DNA from: Microthyrium microscopicum
Taxonomy: Eukaryota
Assembly (NCBI GenBank): GCA_010405405.1
Contig: MU004234.1
Location: 1,143,275 to 1,207,274, forward strand
Direction of reading: 5' to 3'
DNA: 64,000 nt
The position numbers and the translations under genes are program-made. Each line of letters begins with the position of its first letter. Positions within the stretch are counted from its first letter, which is position 1. Below are positions 38,117 through 50,481 of the stretch, in pieces. A model generated the notes under the pieces. The model had not been told where the DNA came from and did not search any database. It saw only the letters and a program-made list of their open reading frames with translations.

Positions 38117-39747
38117 ATGAAGACAGCAGTGGCGTTGTTCCTTGTGGGACAAGCCTTGGGTAATATCAATGCTAATCCAATCCATTCTCCTGGTAAGCTT
38201 AACCCCATCTGATTGTTGCTGGATTATCTCGTGCCTGCAGCAGGAAGTGTAATACAAACTGCAAATCACGTTGTCACTGGTGGTGTGAGGATACATGGTG
38301 CTCAATTTGGCTAATGCGACAAATTGTAGGGAACCCAATATTGGGAGATGGGACTTATTACTCCGCTGATCCAGCACCATTCGTTCACAATGGTAGTCTC
38401 TATATAGTCGCTGGGAGAGACCAAGCTGCCCCAATGCAGAATGATTTCGTCATGAACGAATGGCAAATCTTCAAGACTGACGACCCAGCTACGAATGACT
38501 GGATTCACTATCCAGCAATTGCCAAGTCAAACACACTTTTCAAGTGGGCAGCACCAGGAAGAGCATACGCGGCTCAATTGGTTCCTGGAAAAGATGGAAA
38601 ATTTTACCTGTATGCGCCAGTGTCACAAGCACGATCGAGCAGCAAGGATCCATTCGGAGTTGGTGTTGGTGTATCGAACAGTCCTGTTGGGCCTTTTACA
38701 GATTTACATCCAGCGGGACCCATCGTCTCTCAAACATCGCCGCCACCTGGAAATGATATCCAGAACATTGACCCAACTGTCCTCATCGACGATGATGGTC
38801 GTGTGTACATGTACTACGGAACCTTTGGACGCCTCAAGGGAGTGGAACTTCAAAAGGATATGATCACACCAATCGGTCGCAGTAAAGACTACGGCCTACC
38901 TGGTTTCTTTGAGGCGGCTTGGTTAATGAAGCGTAAAGGAACATATTATCTGGTGTACGCTGCAAACAATGCTGGACCCACGTCGCCATGTACACCAACT
39001 TCTTACCACGCATGCCAGGCATATGCCACAGCGTCTTCTCCTCTTGGGCCCTGGACGTTCCGCGGAGTAATGCTCGATGTCGTTACAAGCACAACTAGTC
39101 ATGCTGGCGCTGTAGAGTTCAAAGGCCAGTGGTATTTTGCTTACCATACCGCCGAAGCAGTTGGTAGCACTCACTTTCGACGCAGTGTCGCGATTGACAA
39201 ACTGGAGTTTGATGACACCAAGACTCCACCACTCATCAAAAAGGTCCGAACGACACATCGCCCTAAAGCACAGGTGTCAACTCGCAATGTGGCACTCAAA
39301 GCCAAAGCATCCAGCTCTCGTCCGGTTCCAATCCAGTATTGGGTGAAGGCATTGAATGATGGTCGGATACCCGCCTCTCCTTTACCGCCGGACTACTGGA
39401 GCTCCTACGATGGAGATCGGTCACCAGCAACCAGTACTTTGACATATGAGTGGTCTTCTCCAGTGTCAATCAGTGGTACGAGAATGGCTTTCTTCGCAGA
39501 TCAGCGAGCAGGGTCTAGCATTGGGGTCGCACCACCAGCAGAATGGCATCTCGAGTATCAAAGTGGCGGTTCATGGACTAGAATTGCGGCGACGTATTCA
39601 AATGCAGTCTCCGATAATCCGCCCGAAATCAAGTTCCCAGCCGTGAATGCTCAGGCAGTCAGAGCGGTTTTGACTGCCAGTGGACAAGGCAAACATGCTG
39701 GTATTGGAATTAAAGAATGGGAGGTGTTGGCTGCAGGAGCGGCTTAG
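38117..39747 (+). CDS. Secreted GH43 glycoside hydrolase with C-terminal beta-sandwich (discoidin/CBM-like) domain
   Basis: Signal-peptide exon MKTAVALFLVGQALG at 38117. Catalytic ADPAP, IDPTV and FFEAAW motifs in ORF 38314-39747. The small 5' exon structure is approximate. Confidence 0.88.
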
Positions 39748-40506
39748 ATTTGTCTTTGTTATGGTGTAGAAGCCTTGTTAATGAATATACATTTGATATA
39801 TGATTTCAAAAGTTGACCACATAAGGATTTAATGAGCATATAAAATGTGTCCCGGATTTGACAAGTAACAACCCCCACGTTTACAGCTACTACGAAGCGA
39901 CAAAGGCCTGTCAGCACTAATCAGTAGTGATCTTTTCGATAGAACCATTGAATGTCGCAAGAAATAGGTGGCAATGATGCGAACGTATGTGATAATCAAC
40001 CTTCTTGTAAACATAGCAACATCTTCTCGTTGTGCCTTCTGGAAGTCAAAATCATGAGATTCTTATACGGCAAATCGAATCTGAGCATCCAATGACAATC
40101 GCTTGTTTCCTAAATCCCGGTGGTTGGGGATTCCGGGAATTAGATAAATCACCGCACGCATCACCCCCAAAGCCGGATCCAGAACCGGATCCAGACCAGA
40201 CAATCGGATTTGGAAGCAAAGCCTGAACATCCTACTTCAGCTAAAAGGTACGTAAAACCTAAAGCCGGAGAAGGACGCCAATAATAATAGAAATTGTAAA
40301 GCTAACCCATATCTTGGATCAAGCGGTTCGCGTCATCCATGCAACAATGTTTGGTGATAGACCAATGGGCAGTTCTCATGGGACGCTACTCATGCATTAC
40401 CACCGCCCAAGCAGCACATCATGCACGGATTACATTCTTTATCTTGGCTGCCTCTGCTGCTACGGTACAGGATGAATTTCTTTGAATCTCAATCTTCGTT
40501 TCCATC

Positions 40507-42250
40507 ATGTCGGTTGCCAATGCTGGTCCGATCGCTGCGAGCGAACCTCCACCCGTTGAGGAGCATACTCCAGGTCAAAACGACCTAGTAGAAACATTGA
40601 GCGAGGACCGGCCTATTGCTCCCGACCAATTCGATCCAAGGTACGAAACGACAAAGTGGGAGATATGGAGCTATTACAGTTACTATGTTGGCAATAACGG
40701 TCTCAGTTTGTTCAACTTTGCGCCTACATCTTTTCAGGATCTTTTATATGAAGCTGCGGGCGATCCTGGAGTCTTAAAATTCCTGGGAAGAGATCGCACT
40801 ATCAACTCCATTGTGTTGCTAGCCAATGGCATTTCATTCGCCATTCAGGTAGTTCTGTTTCTCGTCATTGGCAGTTTTGCGGATTATGGTACCTGGCGAC
40901 CATATATCTTGGTGTTCTGGTCCGTCGTGGCTTTTGCAATTGGCTTTGGGTGGCTCGGAGTACACACTGCAGACAAATGGCCAGTAGCTACAGGCCTGTA
41001 TATGGTCGGATTGATCGCATATCAGATGTGTATTACATTTTGGACTGCGGCGTTCCCAGGTCTGGCCAGAAATACTGTTGAAATGCGAGAGAAAGCCGAA
41101 CAATATGAGGCTGGAGCAATCGACAGAGACAAGTACGACTACGCAGATATGATGATGCGAAATCGGTTGCAAAACGTGGCGTTTATCATGCAATCACTAG
41201 GAGAAATCGTGATTCTGGCGATTCTAGTAGGCATACTTTTCGCTGTAAACGTCAACGCAAGTGCTGCAAACAATCTCTGGGGCTTGTCAGTACTCATTGC
41301 ATATGCCTCAGCAGTCTGGCTAGTTCTGGCACTCCCATGGTTCTGGTTCGAAAAGCATCGACCCGGCCAGCCGCTTCCTCCTGGTATGAACATTGTCAGT
41401 GTTGGATTCTGGCAGCTGTATCGAGCATTTACTCAAATATGGCGACTTAAGCAAACGCTGATATACCTCATTGGTTAGTTCAAAAATAGCTTGTCTCATC
41501 TTGCTAAGCTAACATTCTTGACTTTAGGTTATTTTCTTCTTGGCGATTCGCTGAATACCACTGTCACTGTCATTGCAACTTTACAGAACACCGTTGTAGC
41601 ATACAACACCCTTACTTTGACTTATCTTTTCATCGTGGGAATAACCGCACAATTAGCAGGTATATGGGGATTCTGGACTATACAAAAGCGCTTTCATCTT
41701 TCGACCAAAACCATGTTTGACTTCATCATGGTTGGAATCATTCTGCTTGATGGATGGGGTATGATTGGAATTTGGACTAATAAGTTCGGATTTCATCACG
41801 AATGGGAGTTCTGGGTGTACCAAGTATGTCCACTCAACTATGTGAAAGCTCAGTCTAACGATTTCCTAGGTCTGGTACGGTTTATTCGTGTGCCCTTGGT
41901 ACTCGTACTCCCAGATCATGATCAGCGAAGTGACTCCTCGAGGGAAAGAGTTTTTGTTCTTTGCTCTGTTCAGCATTATGGGAAAGACGAGTGCTTTCAT
42001 TGGTCCTATCGTTAGCAGCGCCATTATCGACGCCAGTAGCGACGGGAACAACAGTCTTCCGTTCTACTTCTTGTTTGGATTGAGTTTGCTGAGTTTCTTA
42101 CTGCTCGCTTTCTTCGTCAATCTAAAGAAGAGTCGCCAAGAACAAGAAGTATTTCTTGCCGAAGAGAGAGCTATCAAGGAGCGAAGAGCTAGTGTTGTCA
42201 GTCAAGGCGAAGTCATTTCTGAGCCAATATCTAAAGGCCCGAAGATATGA
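40507..42250 (+). CDS. atg22: Atg22-family vacuolar MFS efflux transporter
   Basis: Multi-pass membrane protein with WSYYSYYVGNNG, GSFADYG and EVTPRGKEFLFFALFSIMGKTSAFIGP. Introns 41474-41527 and 41824-41869. Confidence 0.85.
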
Positions 42251-42391
42251 AGGTAGAAGGACTTGTACGCAGTCCTGACCATTACAATTAATCATAATAG
42301 ACTTTCCATTTTCACGGGAGGGGTTTCATTGCTACTGCTTCATACTGACAGAAATAGGGAATATATTGATTCCAGGCACAACCAGAACCGC

Positions 42392-43624
42392 TTAGCTCTG
42401 CGGTGGAAGAGGGATGCTCATTACTCGATCAACTGCAGCCATCCAGTTAGGCATAGCAGCAGCATAATCTTCTCTTCCATAAGCCTCCGCCAGCTCATCG
42501 TCCGGATCCGGAACATATCTTGCAACGCACATCCTTGTACGCTCATCCATTTGCGCTTGCTCTCGCTCAGAATAGAAATTACCAATTGCTCGCTGGACGT
42601 TGTGATCCCAATCGTTCAGGAATTTCATTTTCGATTCTTCAAAGGCTTCATCTGAGCCCTTCAGAAGGTTGTTGATTTTGCCACCGTATTCTGTTCTTAT
42701 TTCCTTCATGAACTTATCGGTAAGTAGACGTTGAAAGTTCTGTTGTTCCACGTGAAAGTATACGAAGCTATAGGATGAGCTTTCTTCCTGACCTTGTTCA
42801 TTCCCAAAGAAAGCACTTCCAAAAGTCTCCATGTGGACTATCTCAGCAGATGTGCGAGACTCAAATTCTTGCCATGGACACAATGGTTCTGGGTCGCCGT
42901 ATTCAGCACCTGTGGGATCAAAAGCCCAGACTTCACCGTTGTTGAGCTTGAGTTTGTACAACCAATGGCGACAAATATCTGGCTCGGCAACATGACCAGG
43001 CCCCAAAGTGTATTTAACGACGAATTTCGGCTTTTGAATGGAAACCCAATACTCCTCGATCTCCACACATAGCTCTATGAAGGCACCGAGATTAGTGATC
43101 TTATAACACTGGATGATGACGATTTATTAGGCTCACTTACCGCCTACTGCAGGTAACAAGAGCTCTCTCGCCCATAGAAAGAGATAAAAAATCGCCTCCA
43201 TAGATCGCTGATTTACTAATGCTGCCTCCGCTGCCAGTGGATCCGTGTCCGAGGGCATCGAGAAAAGCTGGAAAGTGTCTTTGTCATCTGTATTCGGCTG
43301 CTCTGGTGTACCCCTGGGCTCCTTTCTCAGATGCAAGACTGAGTCTGATATGTGAGCAGATGCATATCTGAATCTAGTCGCATGCCGGAATATACAATAG
43401 ACGATATCCTTTAGGATCGAGGTAGCTCTTGCCAGCTGCTTGCGAGACCGAAGGCTTTTACAAATCTGTTTATGTTGATTCCAGTGAGCTTTCTGGCAGC
43501 TCGAGCTGCAATAAAAGGTATCAATATCAACGCCAGCTCCTTCATTGTATCTTGGGGCCCCTAAGCATGCGCTACATCTGGTACTCGCAGCTTTCCGGCA
43601 ATTAGCACAGAGTTTCGAAGCCAT
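42392..43624 (-). CDS. MYND zinc-finger protein
   Basis: CANC...CSAC...YCSSSCQKAHWNQHKQIC at the N-terminus. Intron 43140-43075. C-terminal H-x-L...WAFDPTGAEYG motif. Confidence 0.88.
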
Positions 43625-44617
43625 GGCTCAATCCTCTCATTCGATGTACCCAGACTCGACTATGATTGAATTTACAGATGATTTCAAGCAATGGAGGAAC
43701 CAGGAGTTGAGAAAGTATCAGAGGACACCAGCTTTTTGACCACAAAGTGGACACGCTAGGCCTATTTCGGGATAGACGGATCTCTTGATATGATCGTTGG
43801 GGAACCAGGACTTCTGGAAGACAGGTTGAACTTTGAAAGGTGCTACGGCTTCTTTAGATACAGATGTAATACAGTACTAACGAAGGTTTTGTGGGTGGAA
43901 TGCAATCAAAGACGAATACGTTCAGAAAGTCTGGCAATTCTGACATCCATAAAATAGTCGGAATAAGACGAGGTTGAGAACTATCTTTTACCGATACATG
44001 TATGAATGAAACTCGTTCAGCTTTCTTTGTGTTTTTGATTGGTCTTTCTACTTTCATAGCTAATTTTGTTATCGTTCTGTGTTTTGATTAATATTGTTGT
44101 ATTGCATCGCACTGCTCCATTATATTCAATGTCATACAAACAGCGGCTGTAAGGCTGTTCAAAAAATCGGGCCATATGAATGTCAGAGGCATAACGAACT
44201 TGTTTCAAACCCAGGTCTTTTTAAAAGATGAGAAACAAGGTGCTATTTCATGGGTTCCTTCTAACTGTCAACTAAAACCTTTCAATAGGCATCAGTAAAC
44301 TATTGTAGGCATTCTAGTTTTGGAGTATTGCTGCAGCCATTTAATTGGAAATATTGTTCACCTCTGCTTAAAGCCGCGACACCTGACCAGCCCTACGCCT
44401 CTCTTTGTATCAAGGCTCCACTATCTCTTATCTTCACATTGTAAAACAAGATATATATTTACTTTTTTTTTGCCAAGACTCAGCCTTCCCATCTATCAAC
44501 AAGTGCAACGAGTTCCATCCGATCGAATCTACCTGTAAACGATCGACATCGTGGACCCTGAAAATTAGCACGCGAACCTGTGCATCAATAGGTTCAGAAA
44601 CCTCTCGTCCTCTCAAC

Positions 44618-45435
44618 ATGACGTCCTCTTCGGTGCAATTCCACCCAGACACTGAGAATGCGCCTCTTCTTCGCAAAAAATCATGGGGCGCGCCGTTCAA
44701 GCTCGATTACGCGTCTATCAATCTAGAGCATTGGTACTCCCATCCTTTCCGTGGCGATGGCACCATGGTTTCAACCACGCGAGAGAAGACGCGGCGCCTG
44801 CTTAGTTCAAAGTTTGGCCATTACTCTGTTTTAACACTCGTTACGCTGGATGTGATGGGTATCATTGCCGGTGAATTTTCCCATAGACCGATGTGCTGAT
44901 AAGGACTGATGAGAATAGATTTTATTCTTAGACTTTTCAAATGTGAAAACGCAAAGAATGGTCAAGATTGGGACACAGCCTTGGATGTTTTGGGAGTTGT
45001 TAGTTTGGTGTTCTCATCACTATTCATGCTGGAATTAATTGCTAGCATTTGGGCGTTTGGGATGCCGTATGTTCTCCATATATTCACGCTTCAGCAAGAT
45101 CTAACATATTTAGGTATTTCGACTCCTGGTTCCATTGCTTGGACGCCGCAGTAGTGATGGGAGGTTTCATTCTCGACATCTTGTTACATGGGACCATCGA
45201 AGAGGCAGCTTCATTGATCGTCATCTTGCGGCTATGGCGCGTGTTCAAGATCATTGAAGAGCTCAGTCTTGGTGCACAAGAGCAATCGGACAACATGGAG
45301 CGAATGATGCAGCAAATCAAAGTAGACAATGAGCTGCTACGGAAGGAATGCGTTCATCTGAAAAGGACAATGGTGAAAGCGGGAGTGAAAGCTGACGATG
45401 GACACAATACACCACCTAATGAGCATGCAGGATGA
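44618..45435 (+). CDS. Voltage-gated proton channel Hv1-like protein
   Basis: Four TM helices, S1 LVTLDV (selectivity Asp), S4 LRLWRVFKI, C-terminal coiled coil, no pore domain. Introns 44871-44918 and 45067-45113. Confidence 0.88.
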
Positions 45436-45789
45436 CCTGTATTGATAGACACTGTACTGATGCGATGCTTGTATTTTCTTGGGCGTTTGAAGCGATTTGG
45501 TACCACCGGAGCGATGCCATCACTCTTTTGCATCCCGCTTCAACTTAACAATCGAACGATATCTAGGAAATCCATTGCATTGATGGGCATGACAGGTATA
45601 ACCATATATCAGTCACCGCGACCTGCCTTGCATATTAGCAAGCACGCTGATTCCCATCAAACTTGTCATTTCCTCACGCGCTCAAAACTGTGAGCCTTTG
45701 CAACCTATTTCCAGCACCAGAAACCAACCCACCGCCCGAGGCGCATATATCATATAAACACCACAGTAAACCGCCAGCCTTTCATAATC

Positions 45790-46068
45790 ATGGGTCTATC
45801 TCAATCGCGCGAGGTGCTCGCAGCCCAAAATGCGCGAATTCTCCGCGAAGAGAGGTACAAGTCAGGAGATATTACACCCGACAAACCGCCTTCGCCAGGC
45901 ATGGTTCGTCTAGAGTTTTTCGACACTGGGGAGAAGATTGAAGTGGCAGAAGGCACGGAACACAAAGCGATAGGCAATCGGAGCTGCGCCATAACCTATC
46001 CATACACAAAACGTGCCGAGAAGCCGGAAAAGAGAGGATTTTGGAGAAAATTTGGGCGATTGGAGTAG
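45790..46068 (+). CDS. Small hypothetical protein, possible N-myristoylation (MGLSQS)
   Basis: 92-aa ATG ORF, upstream TATAAA (~45753), good start context. Confidence 0.6.
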   Translation: MGLSQSREVLAAQNARILREERYKSGDITPDKPPSPGMVRLEFFDTGEKIEVAEGTEHKAIGNRSCAITYPYTKRAEKPEKRGFWRKFGRLE

Positions 46069-46209
46069 AAGTTATGTATCATAGATGAACCTTAGGGGAG
46101 ACGAGGACAACCTTTGAAAGCGAGATGTAGGAAGGCCGTCATTTTTATTTTATATACCAGCTAGAGATGCATGTCATCCAATCATATTCATATGCCGTAA
46201 CTTTCGAAT

Positions 46210-48902
46210 TCACTCCACGATTCCAGTTGCCACTGTTGCTCCACGCTGTCGTAAAACAATCTTCCAGCCTGCCTCAATGGGCATTGGTCGATCCAAGCTG
46301 ATCACGACACGACCGACGCTGCCCGGTGATAATCTACGTGGGTTCTTCTTCTCAATTTCGCCCGTAGTCTTGTCCAGCGATGCCACTAGCTTCTTGACTG
46401 TACCAGGTGCTGCGAATCGCCCGCGAAGCACTTCGACGATGCTTGGCATGATGAACTCAAAGGCGAGGATTTTGACTGTGACCTCCGTCAACATGGGAAT
46501 GGGGTCCTTGGCCGAACAAACAATATCGCCGCGCTTGATGTCCTCCGCGCTGGCTGTGACCAAGCTTAGCTTGACCATTTGGCCGGCAACAGCCCACTCA
46601 GCAGGTTCCCAGTCAGCTTCAATGACTTTGATCGTGGCGAGCTCGTTTCCAGGACGTGCAATAATTTGGTCGCCGACTTGCAGAGAGCCCGAGTCAATCT
46701 TGCCGCTGATGGTCATGTCGGAGCCGTGCACACTGTTGCTGACCTCGGAAACCACCATACGAAGTGCCTTTTCGATGGCACGATTCTTGGAGTCGCCTTT
46801 CTCTAGCTCTTCGATGAGCGTTGGGCCAGTATACCACTTGGCTTCAGGCGCGGTAATGCGCATGAGCACATTCTCTCCTGATAGGCCTGCGCAAGGGATG
46901 TACCTCACGGACTTCGCCGAGAAGTTGGCGGTAGTCAAGAAGCCAGCCATGGCAGTCTTTATCTCTTCAAATCGCTCTTGCGACCAGTCAACTCTATCCA
47001 TCTTGTTGACAGCGACAATGAGACGCGTTACTCCCATGCTTCTAACCAGAAGCGCGTGTTCCTTGGTCTGCCCTCTCAGCCCAGATTCAAAGCTGTTTAT
47101 TCCAGCATCGATGACTAGCACTGCGAAGTCTGCTTGTTGCGCGCCAACGATCATATTTGGTATAAAGTCTTGATGTCCTGGAGCATCGAGGATGGTGAAT
47201 CGAGTGGTTTCGGTTTCGAATGACTTTGTTGCCGTGTCCACCGTTATTCCTCGCGCACGTTCATCGGCGGACGTATCCATAACCCAGGCTAGAGCAAATG
47301 AACCCTTGCCAATAGCTTCTGATTCTTTCCGGAACTTTCGCATCGTGTTTTCGTCGACTGCTTTGGAATCGTAGAGTAATCGACCCATGAGCGTGCTTTT
47401 GCCATGATCAACATGCCCTATGGAGTGTTCAGCATCGAGACAGGAAACTAGAGTTACCTGGGAAGTTAGAACTTACCGACAACGACAAAAGCCGCCGTCT
47501 TCTTCATTTTCGCATGTTGATATTCCTCTTCCACATTGAGATTTTTAGACACCACTCTGGATTTGCCTAACGAAAGCTGAGCCACGCTGTCCGAAAGTGT
47601 GCTCGCACTGTTGGAAGGCGAATGTGAGGGTGATAATTTTTGTGCTTTGCCTGTTGTAGATTGTACAGACCCTGAAACGCTACATTAGCTATGATCGAAA
47701 CGTACTCTTGCTCTGTGCATTCAAAACGATGTCATCTGGGCTTGGTTTGGCAAACGGGTCCGCAGACTTGAAAGTCTCGCTTTCCGCGTATGGGAGATCA
47801 AAATTTTGCAATAAACGTTTTCTCTTCGTTGCGGTCGTGCCATCGGACGTAAGTGTGACACCTCCGGGCTCGCGTTTGGAACCGAACAAGACGTTCGCAA
47901 ATATAGAGGGTTGACCTTTGACATCTTGATCTGGTTTGGCAGGAGTTGTATTTGGCAGTTCCAACTCGGACGCCGTCTGCTCAGGGGGCACTTGTATGGG
48001 TTTCGAAGGCTCTTTTCGAAAGGTCAGAGACACGGGAGCGGGAATGGGCGACTCCTGCTTATTGTGCAGTGATGACTTTGAGGGCGCGGTCTTGTTGACT
48101 AGTCGATCCAATAGACTGCTCTTTTCGCCAGAATCCATGGAATTTGAGCCACCTGCTTGCTTTGATTCGGCATCTCTCTTCTTTGCAGCCGCGAGCGCTG
48201 CCAATTTTGAGATTTTTGGAGCACCGCCGAGTAGACCACCACGCGGTATCATACTGAGATGCTCGAATGTCGACAGCCTTTCTTTAGGAATCGAACCCCA
48301 AGGAAAATCCCAAAACGGAGTCTGTGATGCGCCGATGCCAGAAAGGGAGGACTCCACGAAAGACAAACCAAAGACGTCTGAACAATCAGTCTCCAGCTTC
48401 ACCAGAGGCAGAACCACTTGACAACCAGAGCTCACCAAGTCTAGCAAGAGAGTGATGAAGAAAAGACTTACCACTAATTTGTTCGTTGGCAGCTTTTGCA
48501 GGTGTATCGCCCGTTTGTTTCTTCTTCTTCTTAGATCCAGACTTGTTTGTCTTTCTGAGACCTGCCCCGTGATTAGCCTAGAAAGCAAAAAACACAAGAC
48601 TATCGTACTTTTCAGGTGTGCAACCGACTGGTCAATATCATAGAAGAAATTCCAGAGAGCGTCACGAATTTCTCTATCTGTTACTGGAAAGTCTGAGCCC
48701 AGAGCTGCCTTGACTTTGAGTGTGCCTTCATGCATTTGCGCTTCGTCCTCAGGGCTGAGTTCTACATTTGTTAGTGACAAGGGCCGCGAAACTGTTAGGC
48801 TGGCAGAATACCTTCTTCTTGGTCTTCACTATAATACTCTTCGTCATCGAAGGTATCATCAAGATCGTCATACGCGACGTTCTTTGCTCGTGCGTAAGAC
48901 AT
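46210..48902 (-). CDS. HBS1: HBS1-like translational GTPase (with alternative Ski7-type exon)
   Basis: HBS1 N-domain (REIRDALWNFFYDID), GHVDHGKST, ERARGITVD, DAPGH, NKMD. Introns 48811-48762, 48608-48562, 48471-47672 (or 48471-48378) and 47476-47418. Confidence 0.92.
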
Positions 48903-50481
48903 GGTAGCTGTTGCGTAGCGTGGAAATTGAGTAAACCTTCAACACTAGACCAATGAGGCAACTAGAGTAGTGCGCTTAGAATTCGATCTGATGATCAGCT
49001 ATTGTTGCGATGAAGTCGTCAGATGGAGTGACGCAGTAAGGTTGTTGAATGGAGAGGGGCGATTTGAAGGAGTGGATGTCAGCTAGGTGTATTTATACGT
49101 TGAAGACATATGACTTAGTCAGAAGGTCGATAGGGAGTATGGAAGAGCTATAGAACCAAGGTTGAGTTTAGTATATTAGAGTCATGGAGAGCCCAACCAA
49201 AGATTCCTCGTCACATTCGGTGCCTGGCAAAGTAGCCTGCCCCGCTGCCTATCGATCGGCACTGATCCAAAACGTCTGTGCGCTGCTGAATGCATGGACC
49301 TCGTTGGCTGAGATGCTCACGCTATGCGGGCCGTCCCGCTTTCTAGCGTCATCTCAATGTCTCAGCCTCATCGCGCCTTGTCATGACGCCCAACACCACC
49401 TCCCTCCAGAATATCGCTCCCGGTCGGCCATTGAGCTTTCCTCGTATATGTAGAGAGGTTCTGTCAATATCTGCCTCAATTGACTAGCCAGGCTCAATAG
49501 AAATAATTTTCATTTCCATAAGACAACCAAACCTTAGTCTAAAATCTTCAAGTTCTACGCACATCGTATACTCCACCACCATGGGAAAAGTTGCTGATGG
49601 AAATTACCCAGAGCGAATTTGAAAACTCATATGGAGGACAATGATACAGTGGATTCATGGCGCCGAGATGATTAGGTAGCGCATTGGCGCACTTCACCTA
49701 AAAAAAATTGGTTGTCGTATTGTTCAATGCTAGCTTCGCACACTGCAACTTTTTGACCCTTACTCGCACGAAATATGACATGAAGTCTGAGGATCTTGAT
49801 TTATGAGCAGCTTGTCCTCGAAGGAACGCGGTATTAATTCAAAAATCCCACAAATTTCGGCATTCAATTTCCATGCCTCCTGGGTACAGTGGTATGCTCC
49901 GGCTGCTTCACTTTTATAAAACAAGTCTAAGTATTTATAACAAGCACCAAGCTAACGCTAATCAGGTTCTTCGGGCCACCGCTTGCTGCTCTTGGGGCGC
50001 CTTGAGCACAGCTAAAAAGACTTGCTCTGGTAACGCAACCATCAAGTCAATACACCCAGCTACACAGGCATAATGGGGCCTAACCTCTCGGTTAAGAGGT
50101 TAGGAAATCCCGGGTGAGTACATTGGGACAATTACTACCCCCAATTGTACGCTCAAGAAATAAGCCACCAAATCTACGACCTCACATCCCGAGGTCGCTT
50201 AGAAATGGACCTTTGGTTTTTTCGGCTGGTCCTAGTCGGCTCACCGCGTAAGGCCCTGCGCAAGAGTATAAAGACAAAATGCGTATACAGAGACCTACGG
50301 CGTTTTAACACACCAGTTTTTTTTGTCTGTTGGATCTATCGAATTCTATTTTGCTTACTCGAACGCGAGGCCTGTAAGGGTGCCCCACGATCTAGCTACG
50401 CGTAGGCTGCGACCATTATTTTGTTCATCCGTTGACAGTAATCAAGGACGTTATTCAATTTGCCTACCGCTACATGTAATA

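Noticed and set aside
46277..47173. 298-aa + strand ORF
   Set aside because: Antisense shadow of the HBS1 GTPase domain.
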